Source: an uncultured bacterium
GTDB lineage: Bacteria; Zhuqueibacterota; QNDG01; DTFT01
Assembly: GCA_963736115.1 (NCBI GenBank)
Contig: CAVTNR010000012.1
Span: 64,001 to 128,000 of the forward strand
Reading direction: 5' to 3'
DNA: 64,000 nucleotides
Both the position numbers and the translations under genes were made by a program. This document shows, in pieces, positions 41,872 through 50,592 of the stretch; position 1 is the stretch's first letter; every line of letters begins with the position of its first letter. The notes under the pieces are model-generated. The model worked only from the letters and a program-made list of their open reading frames with translations, did not search any database and was not told the origin of the DNA.

Positions 41872-42366
41872 TCACGGTTTTAGAGAAGATTGGCGTTTCC
41901 GCATGCTCGTCTTCCCGCCTGCAAGTTGCTTTCCTTTCGGCTTCCGCTTCAGAACGAGCAGTCGCTCGATGTCTGCCACGACCTTTTTGGAGTCAACCGG
42001 AATGGCGACCCACTTGCCATCATGAAACGTGGCAGCCTTTTGATAATCTTCCCGAACATGAGTCGTCAGTTTCGGCAGAATCGCATCGACCTTCTCCCGT
42101 TCTTCCGCTCCGAAGACCAGGAGGAACAGGAACCGTCCCTTCTCCGGAATCAGGTTGCAGAACGACTTGGATTTTTTGTACCTGAGGGACCAGCCCCATT
42201 TTCTGCCGCCGAACCACCAGTCTGGTTCGAATACATCCGGGTACTGCGCATCGATGAACCCGGTGAGTTCATTCCAGAGCGTATTGGCCCTGGCGCCGAT
42301 CCACTTATTCACTTGTTCCGGTTCGGGCGGCTTCCCGGCTTCAAGCATGCGGCTATGTTCGGTCAC
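41872..42366 (-). CDS. DUF3788 family protein
   Basis: GWSLRYKKSKSFCNLIP, HDGKW and LLVLKR motifs. Confidence 0.8.
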   Translation of the reverse strand: MTEHSRMLEAGKPPEPEQVNKWIGARANTLWNELTGFIDAQYPDVFEPDWWFGGRKWGWSLRYKKSKSFCNLIPEKGRFLFLLVFGAEEREKVDAILPKLTTHVREDYQKAATFHDGKWVAIPVDSKKVVADIERLLVLKRKPKGKQLAGGKTSMRKRQSSLKP

Positions 42367-42411
42367 GCTGATCTCTCCTTTAATAAGTCCGTCAACAGCG
42401 CCTGCCGCCGC

Positions 42412-43173
42412 TCACGTATCGGACAAGCACGCCATCAGCCGGCGGCACAGAAAGGCGTGCGCCTCGCCGGCCGGGTCGAGATACTCCATGTGCCCCATGC
42501 CCGGCAATTCAATCAGCTCAATGGTATCACCCGCTCCGGCGGCCGCGGCCGAGTACCTGCGCGACAGGTCAACGGGCATGGTCTCGTCCGCCGTACCGTG
42601 GAGGAGGATCTGCCGGACGCCCAATGGCAGCAATTCCATCGGTGAGGCGGATTCATACCGCTCCGGGACCTGATCCGGAAGTCCGCCGATCAGTTCTGCA
42701 ACGACATCCCCGCCGATTCCGCGATGGCAGGCATCCGCGAGGTCCGTTATCGGCGCAAGCCCGATCACTGCCCGGATGCGAATCCGTTTCGTATGAAGCG
42801 TGCCGTCTCGCCGTTTACCCGCGGCCCAGAGTGCCAGGTGCCCGCCCGCGGAATGACCCACCGTCACGACGCGACCAAGGTCGAGATCAACGCCCTCGAG
42901 TTCGAGCTGTTCGAGATAGTCTATGCCGGCCGCCGCGTCTTCCATTGTGGTTGGCCATCCGGCCCCGGCGCTTCCCAGCCTGCGGTATTCCAGGTTCCAG
43001 ACCGCGAAACCGCGGGAGGCCAGGTCCTCCGCGATTGCGGTCATCTGATCACGGCCATAGTACATTTTCCAGAATCCCCCATGCAGCAGACAGATAACGG
43101 GCGGCCGTTTCCTTTTGGGGAGGCGCAGGTCGGCTTCCTGGTCTTCAGCCGGACCGTAATGGAAGGTTTGCAT
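42412..43173 (-). CDS. Alpha/beta hydrolase (HSL-like esterase)
   Basis: HGGFW, GHSAGG, HGTADE and GH catalytic motifs. Confidence 0.88.
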   Translation of the reverse strand: MQTFHYGPAEDQEADLRLPKRKRPPVICLLHGGFWKMYYGRDQMTAIAEDLASRGFAVWNLEYRRLGSAGAGWPTTMEDAAAGIDYLEQLELEGVDLDLGRVVTVGHSAGGHLALWAAGKRRDGTLHTKRIRIRAVIGLAPITDLADACHRGIGGDVVAELIGGLPDQVPERYESASPMELLPLGVRQILLHGTADETMPVDLSRRYSAAAAGAGDTIELIELPGMGHMEYLDPAGEAHAFLCRRLMACLSDT

Positions 43174-43231
43174 GTTTGACTTTCAAGAAAGTCGGCCACC
43201 TTCTCCATGAAGGTAAGCGATGTTCACATTC

Positions 43232-43591
43232 CTACTTCAGAACCAGCATTTTTCGGGTTTCCACACCTGAATGGCCCGCATTCAGTTGAATAAAATACGC
43301 GCCGCTCGGCAGGTTGTCTGCGTAGAACCGGATGGAATGTGTTCCTGCGGTCTGAATCTCATTCATCAGAGTCCGTATGTCTTTTCCGTATAGGTCGACT
43401 ATTTTCAATCGGACCGGCCCTGTTTTCTGCAGATCGTATGTGATTATGGTTTCAGAATTGAATGGATTGTGATGATTGGGATGCAGTCTGAATGAATTGC
43501 CCGCTTCGGAGGCTCGTTCGTAATCCCACTGTTGATCGAGTGTCCGAAGGCGACCAGTTAGAGCCAGGCGGTTCCATCCAGACTCGACCAC
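43232..43591 (-). pseudogene. Orphan T9SS-type C-terminal domain remnant
   Basis: LHPNHHNPFNSETIITY...LPSGAYFIQL...KMLVLK with no signal peptide or passenger. The NYPNPFN motif is degenerate. Confidence 0.55.
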
Positions 43592-43837
43592 GGGACGGCC
43601 CAGATTCCGGCCATGGCGCCCGGATCATCGTTGTAACGCGGAACCATCCCATGCTTATTGATTAATTTGTGTGTCGTTGGTCTCAGCGATTACATCGCGC
43701 ATCTTTCACATTCGTTGGTCGTAACCATCCACCTCTTTCCGATTCCGATAATCGGCGTGGATCTGAATTATTTCATCATACTGCAATGGATGGGGCAAAT
43801 ATATCATTCCTTTTACCGCCGGGTAAAATGAGCAAGA

Positions 43838-44512
43838 TCATGGTCTCGGTTTTTTTGGTAAAATGAAAGATGTTTTCGATTTGTACGTTCGATATGCCTC
43901 GCCAAATCGAAGCTCCAATTCCCGCTCCTCATACACTTTTAGAAAGACGAGCCATGCCGGTGTCACTAAAATCAATATCCAAATTATAAAAAACGTTGAC
44001 TGCAGCCACAAACCCAACGCCACAAGACAGGACAGCAAGGCCAAGGCCATCGGATTCCGTGTCCAGGAATATAACCAATCTGTTGCGAGTCGACGACTGA
44101 GAGATATGGCAAATGGCGCTCCCAGTCCTCGCAGGGCAAGATTGACCACCGTGAGCAGTAAAAAAGCTCCTGTAATTAAAAACAGGGTTATCCCAAGAGT
44201 ATGTGAAATCGGAATGGCAACTCCCTGCCAGGTGTCGTTCGTTTTGATCGCCATTATAATCCCGGTCCCAAATAACAACATCAAGCCTGCATGTACAAAT
44301 GAAGTTATATATTCGACTCGGTGTAACGACGGTCTCCTGTCGAGAAGTTGGCGACCGATCACGACTGTCGGGAATGTGGCAAATATAGTTCCGACAATAC
44401 AAACAAGATTCACCATGGTCGAAAATGATTGCTGAAGGATCCAACTCCAAAATATCAGGGTACATGCAAAAGTGACAACTTGTATCAGGGTTTGAGTCGT
44501 TTTATGCATCAT
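43838..44512 (-). CDS. Isoprenylcysteine/phospholipid methyltransferase-like membrane protein
   Basis: LYSWTRNPM and EERELELRFGEAYRTYK motifs, lower GC. Confidence 0.75.
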   Translation of the reverse strand: MMHKTTQTLIQVVTFACTLIFWSWILQQSFSTMVNLVCIVGTIFATFPTVVIGRQLLDRRPSLHRVEYITSFVHAGLMLLFGTGIIMAIKTNDTWQGVAIPISHTLGITLFLITGAFLLLTVVNLALRGLGAPFAISLSRRLATDWLYSWTRNPMALALLSCLVALGLWLQSTFFIIWILILVTPAWLVFLKVYEERELELRFGEAYRTYKSKTSFILPKKPRP

Positions 44513-44621
44513 CGATCTCCAAGATACAGATCAAGGTTCGGCACTTTGGTTATCACCCAAGATGGCCGATAACGACGCGGTTTTATCTTCCAGTGGAAGG
44601 CTTTTTTTAGAATTTCTCCGG

Positions 44622-45311
44622 TTATTTCTTTTCACTTCCAATCAGTCGATAGATAACAGCACCAAGCATACCGCCGATGATAGGGGCCACCCAGAAAAGC
44701 CAAAGTTGTGAAATCGCCCAATCGCCGGCAAACAGGGCGACGCCGGTACTGCGCGCAGGATTCACCGAGGTGTTTGTAACCGGGATGCTGATCAAATGAA
44801 TGAGAGTCAGGCAGAATCCGATGGCGATGGGCGCGAAACCCTCTTGTGCACGTTTATCAGTGGCGCCCATGATGACAAGGAGAAACATCATGGTCATGAC
44901 CACTTCAGTGATCAGGGCAGCAGGCAAACTGTAACCGCCGGGCGAATGAGTACCGTAGCCATTTGAGGCAAAGCCGGTGGATAAATCAAAACCTGCCGTA
45001 CCCGAAGCAATCAGATACAGAACGCCGCCTGCGGCCAATCCGCCCAGAACCTGCGAAACGATGTAAGGCAGCAGCTCTTTTGCCGGGAAAGGACCGCCGG
45101 CCCAAAGGCCTAATGAAACGGCCGGGTTGAGGTGACAGCCTGATATATGCCCGATGGCGAAAGCCATCGTGAGCACGGTCAAACCAAATGCCAGGGAAAC
45201 TCCGAGTAGACCGATACCGACATCCGGAAACGCAGCAGCTAATACGGCGCTTCCGCAGCCACCAAGAATCAGTCAGAATGTTCCAAAAAACTCCGCGCCA
45301 TATTTCTTCAT
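44622..45311 (-). pseudogene. aqpZ: Aquaporin Z cassette gene with an in-frame TGA at codon 13
   Basis: [28 protein letters not shown], where the TGA at 45273-45275 replaces the conserved Trp. Both NPA motifs (HLNPA, SVNPARS) are present. Confidence 0.85.
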
Positions 45312-45341
45312 GATTATCTCCTTTTTAATATTAATTATTAT

Positions 45342-45430
45342 GCTCAACCGGCAGGCTGAGCGGGCGGGCATGATCGGTTTCGGATTGCTTGCCCCTCCCG
45401 GAAGTGATAACTGAGTACCGTCCGCCCTAC
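45342..45430 (-). mobile_element. Truncated attC site (R'' end missing)
   Basis: Forward GCTCAAC...GGGCGGGCATGATCGGTTTCGGATTG...ACCGTCCGCCC, closely similar to the attC at 45463-45567 but with no terminal GTT. Confidence 0.65.
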
Positions 45431-45462
45431 TGTCATATCATATTTGCTTAATCCCATCTTAC

Positions 45463-45567
45463 ACATAACTGCAAATGTGCGGGCGGGCATGATCGGTTTC
45501 GGATTGTTCGCTTCTCAGAGAAGTCAAGACTGATTAGGGCACCGTCTGCACTATTTTTGGGTTAGGC
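45463..45567 (-). mobile_element. attC site
   Basis: Forward ACATAAC...GTTAGGC. R'' (GCCTAAC on minus) is complementary to the cassette's own start GTTAGGC at 46051-46057. Confidence 0.75.
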
Positions 45568-45585
45568 GATTGTCTCAAATCTCCC

Positions 45586-45966
45586 CTAACAATTCGCGGT
45601 TTTGATGAATAGAAAAAATGCATAACTAATCGCTAGGAGACCATACAAGGCCAAACTAAACCAGCCAAAAATATTCACAGTTCCGGTAAACTGAAACTCA
45701 ATCGATGCAATACACCCGATTACGTCCTGAATTAAGAGAGCGATAGCGATTGCTCTACGCGTATCAACAGATGTAACTCTCTTTCCGTAATACATGAGAG
45801 TCGCTAAACCTAGAATCGACCCACCTACTAAGCGAGCTGTCCAAATGGCTGCGTCATCGGGAGCAAGACCATACAATTTGAAAACCCAATGAGGAAAAAG
45901 AGAACACGATCCGCCAAAGAATATGGCAAAAAATATATTTATAGAGAAAAGATGACGCAATTTCAT
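45586..45966 (-). CDS. Cassette-borne four-TM hypothetical protein
   Basis: GGAGG RBS, MKLRHLFSINIFFA..., bounded by attC cores. Confidence 0.75.
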   Translation of the reverse strand: MKLRHLFSINIFFAIFFGGSCSLFPHWVFKLYGLAPDDAAIWTARLVGGSILGLATLMYYGKRVTSVDTRRAIAIALLIQDVIGCIASIEFQFTGTVNIFGWFSLALYGLLAISYAFFLFIKTANC

Positions 45967-46050
45967 ATTACCTCCGTATAATTTCAGCATAAACCGATAA
46001 TAAATTGTCGTTTGTACTAACAATGTCTTCTAAATATCTTCCCGACATCC

Positions 46051-46152
46051 GCCTAACATAATCATCCCGGGGTGGACATTATCGGTAACGGATTGCACAT
46101 CCTTTAAAAAGCCACAACTGAGTATGGGCACCGTCCGCCCGAGATGCAGGGC
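46051..46152 (-). mobile_element. Degenerate attC site
   Basis: Forward GCCTAAC...GCCACAACTGAGTATGGGCACCGTCCGCCCGAGATGC. The expected terminal GTTGGGC is eroded to AGGGC. Confidence 0.65.
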
Positions 46153-46160
46153 AGCGAATT

Positions 46161-46495
46161 TTAAAAAGTTAGTATTTTTTCTGACCATTCGATCATTTTA
46201 ACACAATCTACCATTGTTGATAGCGGGCATGCATCAGTACCATCTTTATTGCGAGTTTTAAAACATGTCCCACATGCAAGGATATTTCCACCTAGTTCGA
46301 TGAATTTTATGAGTTGTTCATTTACATTATACTTATCATGAGTCAATCCTTCACATTCAACAGCCTCCCCCATAAGAAATATTTTCAGTGTATGTCCTTC
46401 TATAATTGCTGTAACCCCGAATCGAAAAGCATTCCAAGCTTTTCATATTCCTTAGTTTCTAAAATAATTCCAATTTTAATTTGATTGCCTTTCAT
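46161..46495 (-). pseudogene. DsrE/DsrF-family cassette gene with a -1 frameshift near 46441
   Basis: MKGNQIKIGIILETKEYEK/AWNAFRFGVTA...IFLMGEAVE...LACGTC...CPLSTM. One A is missing from an A run. Confidence 0.75.
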
Positions 46496-46533
46496 TAAGA
46501 ATCTTAACTGTATTCATAATCTAAATGATCTAT

Positions 46534-46641
46534 GCCCAACGATGCGCATGACCGGCGGGCCGCTTTAGGTTACGATTTGCAGGGCCTTCCCGAATTAACT
46601 ACTGAGCAGGGACACCGTCCGCTCGATGCGCTGGGTTAGCC
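46534..46641 (-). mobile_element. attC site (intact)
   Basis: Minus strand GGCTAAC-CCAGC-GCAT(C)GAG...GTCATGC-GCATC-GTTGGGC, with the extrahelical C on the L'' arm. Confidence 0.88.
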
Positions 46642-46645
46642 AAAT

Positions 46646-48066
46646 TTATCTAAAAATACCCTGTATATAACCAAAAACTTCCTTGGGTTGATTAAAAAGT
46701 TGATCGAATAATAACTTTATTGAGAAATTCGGATATTTTCTCACGAGTCTCCAAATTCTTGAACTATTCTTGAATATTTTAAATGCAATTTCATCTCTTA
46801 ATTTTTCAAGATCGTCTGCTGTTAGGTGATTTGTCTTCACATTTGCATGAAACAGGTCATATCTTGAATAGTCGTATTTATTGGTAATTAATTCGCACTT
46901 TAATAGTTCTTCGCGAATTTCAGTTTTAGGAAATGGTGTCAGTATTAGAAAAAGCGGAATATCTACATCAATTTTGTTGGCATAATAAAAATTTTCATAA
47001 ACACTTTCACGCGTATCATCCGGGTTCCCAATTATAAACGATCCAATGACTGTGATACCATAGCCCTGTAACTCATTGATAATATCTTTAGTCTCGGAAT
47101 GTTGGATTTTTTTTGCATCTAAAAAATCAATATTTTTAGTACTGACATTTTCAATCCCAAGAAAACATATATTTACACCTGCCTCAGACATTAGCTTCAG
47201 CAAACCTGGTGCTCGTTTTAGACCAGGAATGCTTGCCTGCACAGCATACTTTATATCATTCAACTTATTATTGAATAATTTCCTTACAAAGGTTTTCAAA
47301 ACGAATAGCATCCACTGTAATATTATCATCAACAATGAGAATTGCTTGAGCTCCATGATTACGAGCATCCATAATATCTTCGATAACTCGTTCAATCTTA
47401 TATTTTCTAAATGTTGTACCGTACATTTGACGGATACTACAGAACTTGCAATGATTTACACATCCTCGCGATGTTTCAATAACATCAGCAGGAGTTCCTA
47501 AAATATGAAATCCCTTTTTTGAAAACACGATTTGATCTATCGGGAATTTTTACATGATCCAGATCAAGAATTTTACCTTGTGGATTATGGATAATAGTGT
47601 CCTTTTTTATATATGAGAGGGATGGAATATCCTCATATTTTCCATCACTTTGAATTTGTTCTATCAATAGGTTGAATGTGATTTCACCTTCATTCCTTAT
47701 AATGAAATCGATGTTCTGTCCGTGGGGGCCAAGAAATAGATTTTCAAACTCGACCGTGGCATGATAGCCGCCCCAAATAATTTTTATTTGTGGGTTATAT
47801 TCTCTAACCACTGTGGCAAGTTTCATCGTATCTTCATATTGAAAGGTCATACAACTGAATCCGACAACATCCGGATCATAGACTTTGAGATAATTTAATA
47901 AATATTGACTTGGTTCATTTTTTGCCAAAACCAGATCCAATATCTTTACATAGTTATTTTCACCAGAAATATTAGCAGCAATAGAATTCAAACCCAGATT
48001 GGGAAGTTTTGTAACTCTATCGAATCCAATAATTGTTTTAGGGCTACTTAAGAGTAATATTCGCAT
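46646..48066 (-). pseudogene. B12-binding radical SAM cassette gene with two frameshifts (about 47515 and 47270)
   Basis: PNLGL, WGGYHAT and NEGE (B12 domain), SRGCVNHCKFC (CxxxCxxC), GIEN and LTPFPKT, spread over three ORFs. Confidence 0.85.
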
Positions 48067-48094
48067 GGTGATTTCGATTTAAATTAATTTTTAT

Positions 48095-48200
48095 GGCTAA
48101 CGATGCGTTTGAGCGTGCGGGCATGACTGCTATCGGCCTGAAGATCCTTCAAGAAGCCACAACTGTGTAGGGCACCGTCCGCTCAAGGTGGGGTTAATGG
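48095..48200 (-). mobile_element. attC site
   Basis: Forward GGCTAAC GATGCGTTTGAGCG...CCGTCCGCTCAAGGTGGG GTTAATGG. Confidence 0.82.
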
Positions 48201-48239
48201 CTTTGCAGTTTCTTTCATTATAATTTTAATCAGTAATTT

Positions 48240-48932
48240 CTACAAAATTTGATAACAAATCGATAGATATGGATATATTTGATCAATTTTCATGAAACCA
48301 TATATGTTTGGATCATTTATGGGGTCAACCGGATTGATATCTTTTTGTGCTCTCAGGCTTTTTATGTCCTGTTTTTTTAATGAATATCTTATCCCAATAG
48401 GAATACTTAATCTATTCGATATTTTGAATTTAATCTCTCCGTAAAAACAGCCAGTCCGCTTTTTTAAATTATTTGTTTCTGTATTTGTTGAAAATCCCAA
48501 ATTTGTTGGCAAATAATTGGATTTCAATTCATATCCATTGAAAATGATTGATCCACCAAATTTTAATTTGAAAATAGTGTTTAAGTCACTCTCAAAATAA
48601 ATCGCAGGCTGAAATTGATAAATGGATAACTTTTTATCGAGACTCCGTACGTCGGAGAAAGAAAGTTTTTGAATAGATGATAATGGTAAATAATCAATTC
48701 GAAAGCCGAAACCAATTTGATCATGATTATTCGTATAGATACTTTTATTTATTTCAATTCCAAAATATAGTTTATTCCAAGTCACCTTGATATCTTTGGG
48801 CTGTTCCATGTTGAATTTTGGCTCTGTCGATAATCCATTAACTCTATTTAACAGAAAGCCAACATTTATACTATTTGAAAATGCTTGATGATATAAAATC
48901 ACTAAAATGATCAGAAAAGTCTTTTTATACAT
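48240..48932 (-). CDS. Cassette-borne exported protein, possibly an outer-membrane beta-barrel
   Basis: GGAGG RBS, signal peptide MYKKTFLIIL..., alternating beta pattern, AT-rich. Confidence 0.65.
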   Translation of the reverse strand: MYKKTFLIILVILYHQAFSNSINVGFLLNRVNGLSTEPKFNMEQPKDIKVTWNKLYFGIEINKSIYTNNHDQIGFGFRIDYLPLSSIQKLSFSDVRSLDKKLSIYQFQPAIYFESDLNTIFKLKFGGSIIFNGYELKSNYLPTNLGFSTNTETNNLKKRTGCFYGEIKFKISNRLSIPIGIRYSLKKQDIKSLRAQKDINPVDPINDPNIYGFMKIDQIYPYLSICYQIL

Positions 48933-48951
48933 ATTATCCCTCCATTCATTG

Positions 48952-49059
48952 CCATAACGGTCTGCGCATGAGCGGCGGACGACGTTAACCAACGGCTTGC
49001 AGAAAATCAAAGAAGCCTATGCAAAGCAGGTTTCCGTCCGCTCAATGCGCGGGTTCGGC
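48952..49059 (-). mobile_element. attC site (intact)
   Basis: Minus strand GCCGAAC-CCGCG-CAT(T)GAGC-GGACG...GTCCGCC-GCTCATG...GTTATGG. Confidence 0.88.
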
Positions 49060-49090
49060 AAAAATCAATGTGTTTATTTGTATTGTTACT

Positions 49091-49369
49091 TTAGATATTC
49101 TGACGCGTATGAATTACAGCTAGAATATCGATTTGGTCAGGTTTAACAAAGTAGATGATACGGTATAATCCTTCAAATACTTCTCGGATTTGTTCCATTT
49201 CATATTCAGGAACTTTTCTGCCAGATAATGGAAAATCAGCTATTTGAATGGATCGTCTAGTAATTCGGTCGACCGTCTGTTTTGCGTATTCTGGGGAATC
49301 AAGAGATATATATGAGTAAATGGCATCGAGATGGTTCTCCGCCGTTTCTGTCCAGAAGACTTTCATCAC
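49091..49369 (-). CDS. RelE/ParE-family type II toxin
   Basis: KVFWTETAENHLDAIYSYI, FPLSGRKVPE, YRIIY and ILAVIH motifs. Confidence 0.88.
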   Translation of the reverse strand: MMKVFWTETAENHLDAIYSYISLDSPEYAKQTVDRITRRSIQIADFPLSGRKVPEYEMEQIREVFEGLYRIIYFVKPDQIDILAVIHTRQNI

Positions 49370-49551
49370 GTTAAACCATATTTATCTCTTAATTCACTTA
49401 CATCTTTTACTTTTCCCGATTTACTGTCTGAGAGACCTTTTTCGATTACTTGACGCACATAAATTTCGTAGATAAGATCATCCCATGTTGAATTATCCGG
49501 CATCTTATCTATAAGTTTATGGGCGTCATCTTTAATAATTGAAGTTGGCAT
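49366..49551 (-). CDS. Cognate antitoxin
   Basis: 61 aa with LIDKMPDNSTWDDLIYEIYVRQVIEKGL. Stop overlaps the toxin start. Confidence 0.82.
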   Translation of the reverse strand: MPTSIIKDDAHKLIDKMPDNSTWDDLIYEIYVRQVIEKGLSDSKSGKVKDVSELRDKYGLT

Positions 49552-49616
49552 ATTATCCTCTCATTTGAATTCTATAATAATATACAGCTATTATTTTGAA
49601 TTTTCAATATTTAATA

Positions 49617-49650
49617 GCCGAACCTATTATTATACGGCCAATTCCCCAAC
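49617..49650 (-). mobile_element. attI-like recombination site heading the cassette array
   Basis: Lone core GTTCGGC (minus) with no attC hairpin, exactly complementary to R'' GCCGAAC of the first attC, preceded by GTATAATAATAG. Confidence 0.65.
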
Positions 49651-49773
49651 AAACCACATTTCTTGATACAGGTATTTCTTGGCCTCTGGAGGAAGAAAAA
49701 ACTGAAATGGCTGATACAAGGCCTTTAATGTTTCTCTATGCATACATTTTCCTGAAAGAGGCTATATCCAGTA

Positions 49774-50121
49774 TCAGTCATGTTTTTCAACTATCCGCAT
49801 TTCAAGCCCCAATGACCTGACCTCGCTCAGCGGGACCATCCATACTTGCCTGTCCGGATCCCACTTTCCGCCCGCGCATTTCACCAGTATTCTGAGGTAT
49901 TTCTCTCCAAATCCGATCCGAAGAGCGACCCTATTATTCGGCGGAGGTGCAGACGATTTCGGCGCCCAGGCCTGTTTATCAATCAGGATTTCAACCGTTT
50001 TCGTCTTTTCCCCGGTCTCTGAATCGTACCGATACCGTACGCAGATCAGGCGATCGCCGTACTCGCGCAGTTGTTTCTTCGATCCCGGGCGGCCGGGCAG
50101 TATTTTTTTCGTGAACCGCAT
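49774..50121 (-). CDS. Small basic hypothetical protein adjacent to attI
   Basis: MRFTKKILPGRPGSKKQLREYGDRLICVRYRYD...KTVEILID...AGGKWDPDRQVW. No tyrosine-recombinase RHRY residues. Confidence 0.75.
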   Translation of the reverse strand: MRFTKKILPGRPGSKKQLREYGDRLICVRYRYDSETGEKTKTVEILIDKQAWAPKSSAPPPNNRVALRIGFGEKYLRILVKCAGGKWDPDRQVWMVPLSEVRSLGLEMRIVEKHD

Positions 50122-50308
50122 GGAATTACCGATAGGATTGCGGGAGTTTCCGCGTGCCGGAAAACCGGAAATCGAAGGCCGGGGAGACCGCGCGTTGCGG
50201 TTTCTTCGCAAAGGAACGTCCGGACGGGATGGTTTCCGCTGGACATGGGCTCCCCCCTTCCGTTGAAGTGCGTGATGGATAACAGAAGGACTTTATTGAA
50301 CTTGGAAT

Positions 50309-50337
50309 ATTATACAAATTGATACTTATAAAAACAA
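50309..50337 (-). promoter_or_regulatory. sigma70 promoter reading toward the small gene and the cassette array
   Basis: Minus strand TTGTTT-N17-TATAAT. Confidence 0.55.
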
Positions 50338-50464
50338 GATAAATTTTGATATTCAGGAGCGATTCTCAAGGGAAGACGGATCGCCGCAATAAGGTCCTTC
50401 GGGTGTAAAGCATGGGAGCGGCGCTCAGGACGACGAGAAATGGCCCGCCTCTTGTCAACTCCCT

Positions 50465-50514
50465 GGCTGAGTTCTGGTAAAACCAGAACTCAGCCGTCCC
50501 CCTTTCAGGGGGAC
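50465..50514. repeat. Tandem hairpins (REP-like)
   Basis: GGCTGAGTTCTGGT-AAA-ACCAGAACTCAGCC followed by GTCCCCCT-TTC-AGGGGGAC. Confidence 0.6.
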
Positions 50515-50520
50515 ATATCA

Positions 50521-50551
50521 TAAAAAAGCCCGTCCCTTTTCAGGAACGGGC
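50521..50551 (-). terminator. Intrinsic terminator of TonB module 1
   Basis: Minus strand GCCCGTTCC-TGAAAA-GGGACGGGC-TTTTTT. Confidence 0.75.
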
Positions 50552-50592
50552 AGGACATCAGAGTATAGGATTGGGAAAAACCGGTAAAATCC

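Noticed and set aside
45273-45275. TGA at a conserved Trp in aqpZ as evidence of genetic code 4 or a recoded donor
   Set aside because: Other Trp codons in the same gene are TGG (e.g. GGC CTT TGG GCC), and TGA is used as a stop throughout the window. A nonsense mutation is the simpler explanation.
45342-49059. CRISPR array
   Set aside because: The repeats are ~100-bp imperfect palindromes separated by whole genes, not 25-45-bp repeats with uniform spacers. No cas genes are present.
49774-50121. Truncated integron integrase
   Set aside because: It lacks tyrosine-recombinase box I/II residues (R...HxxR...Y) and shows no resemblance to IntI.
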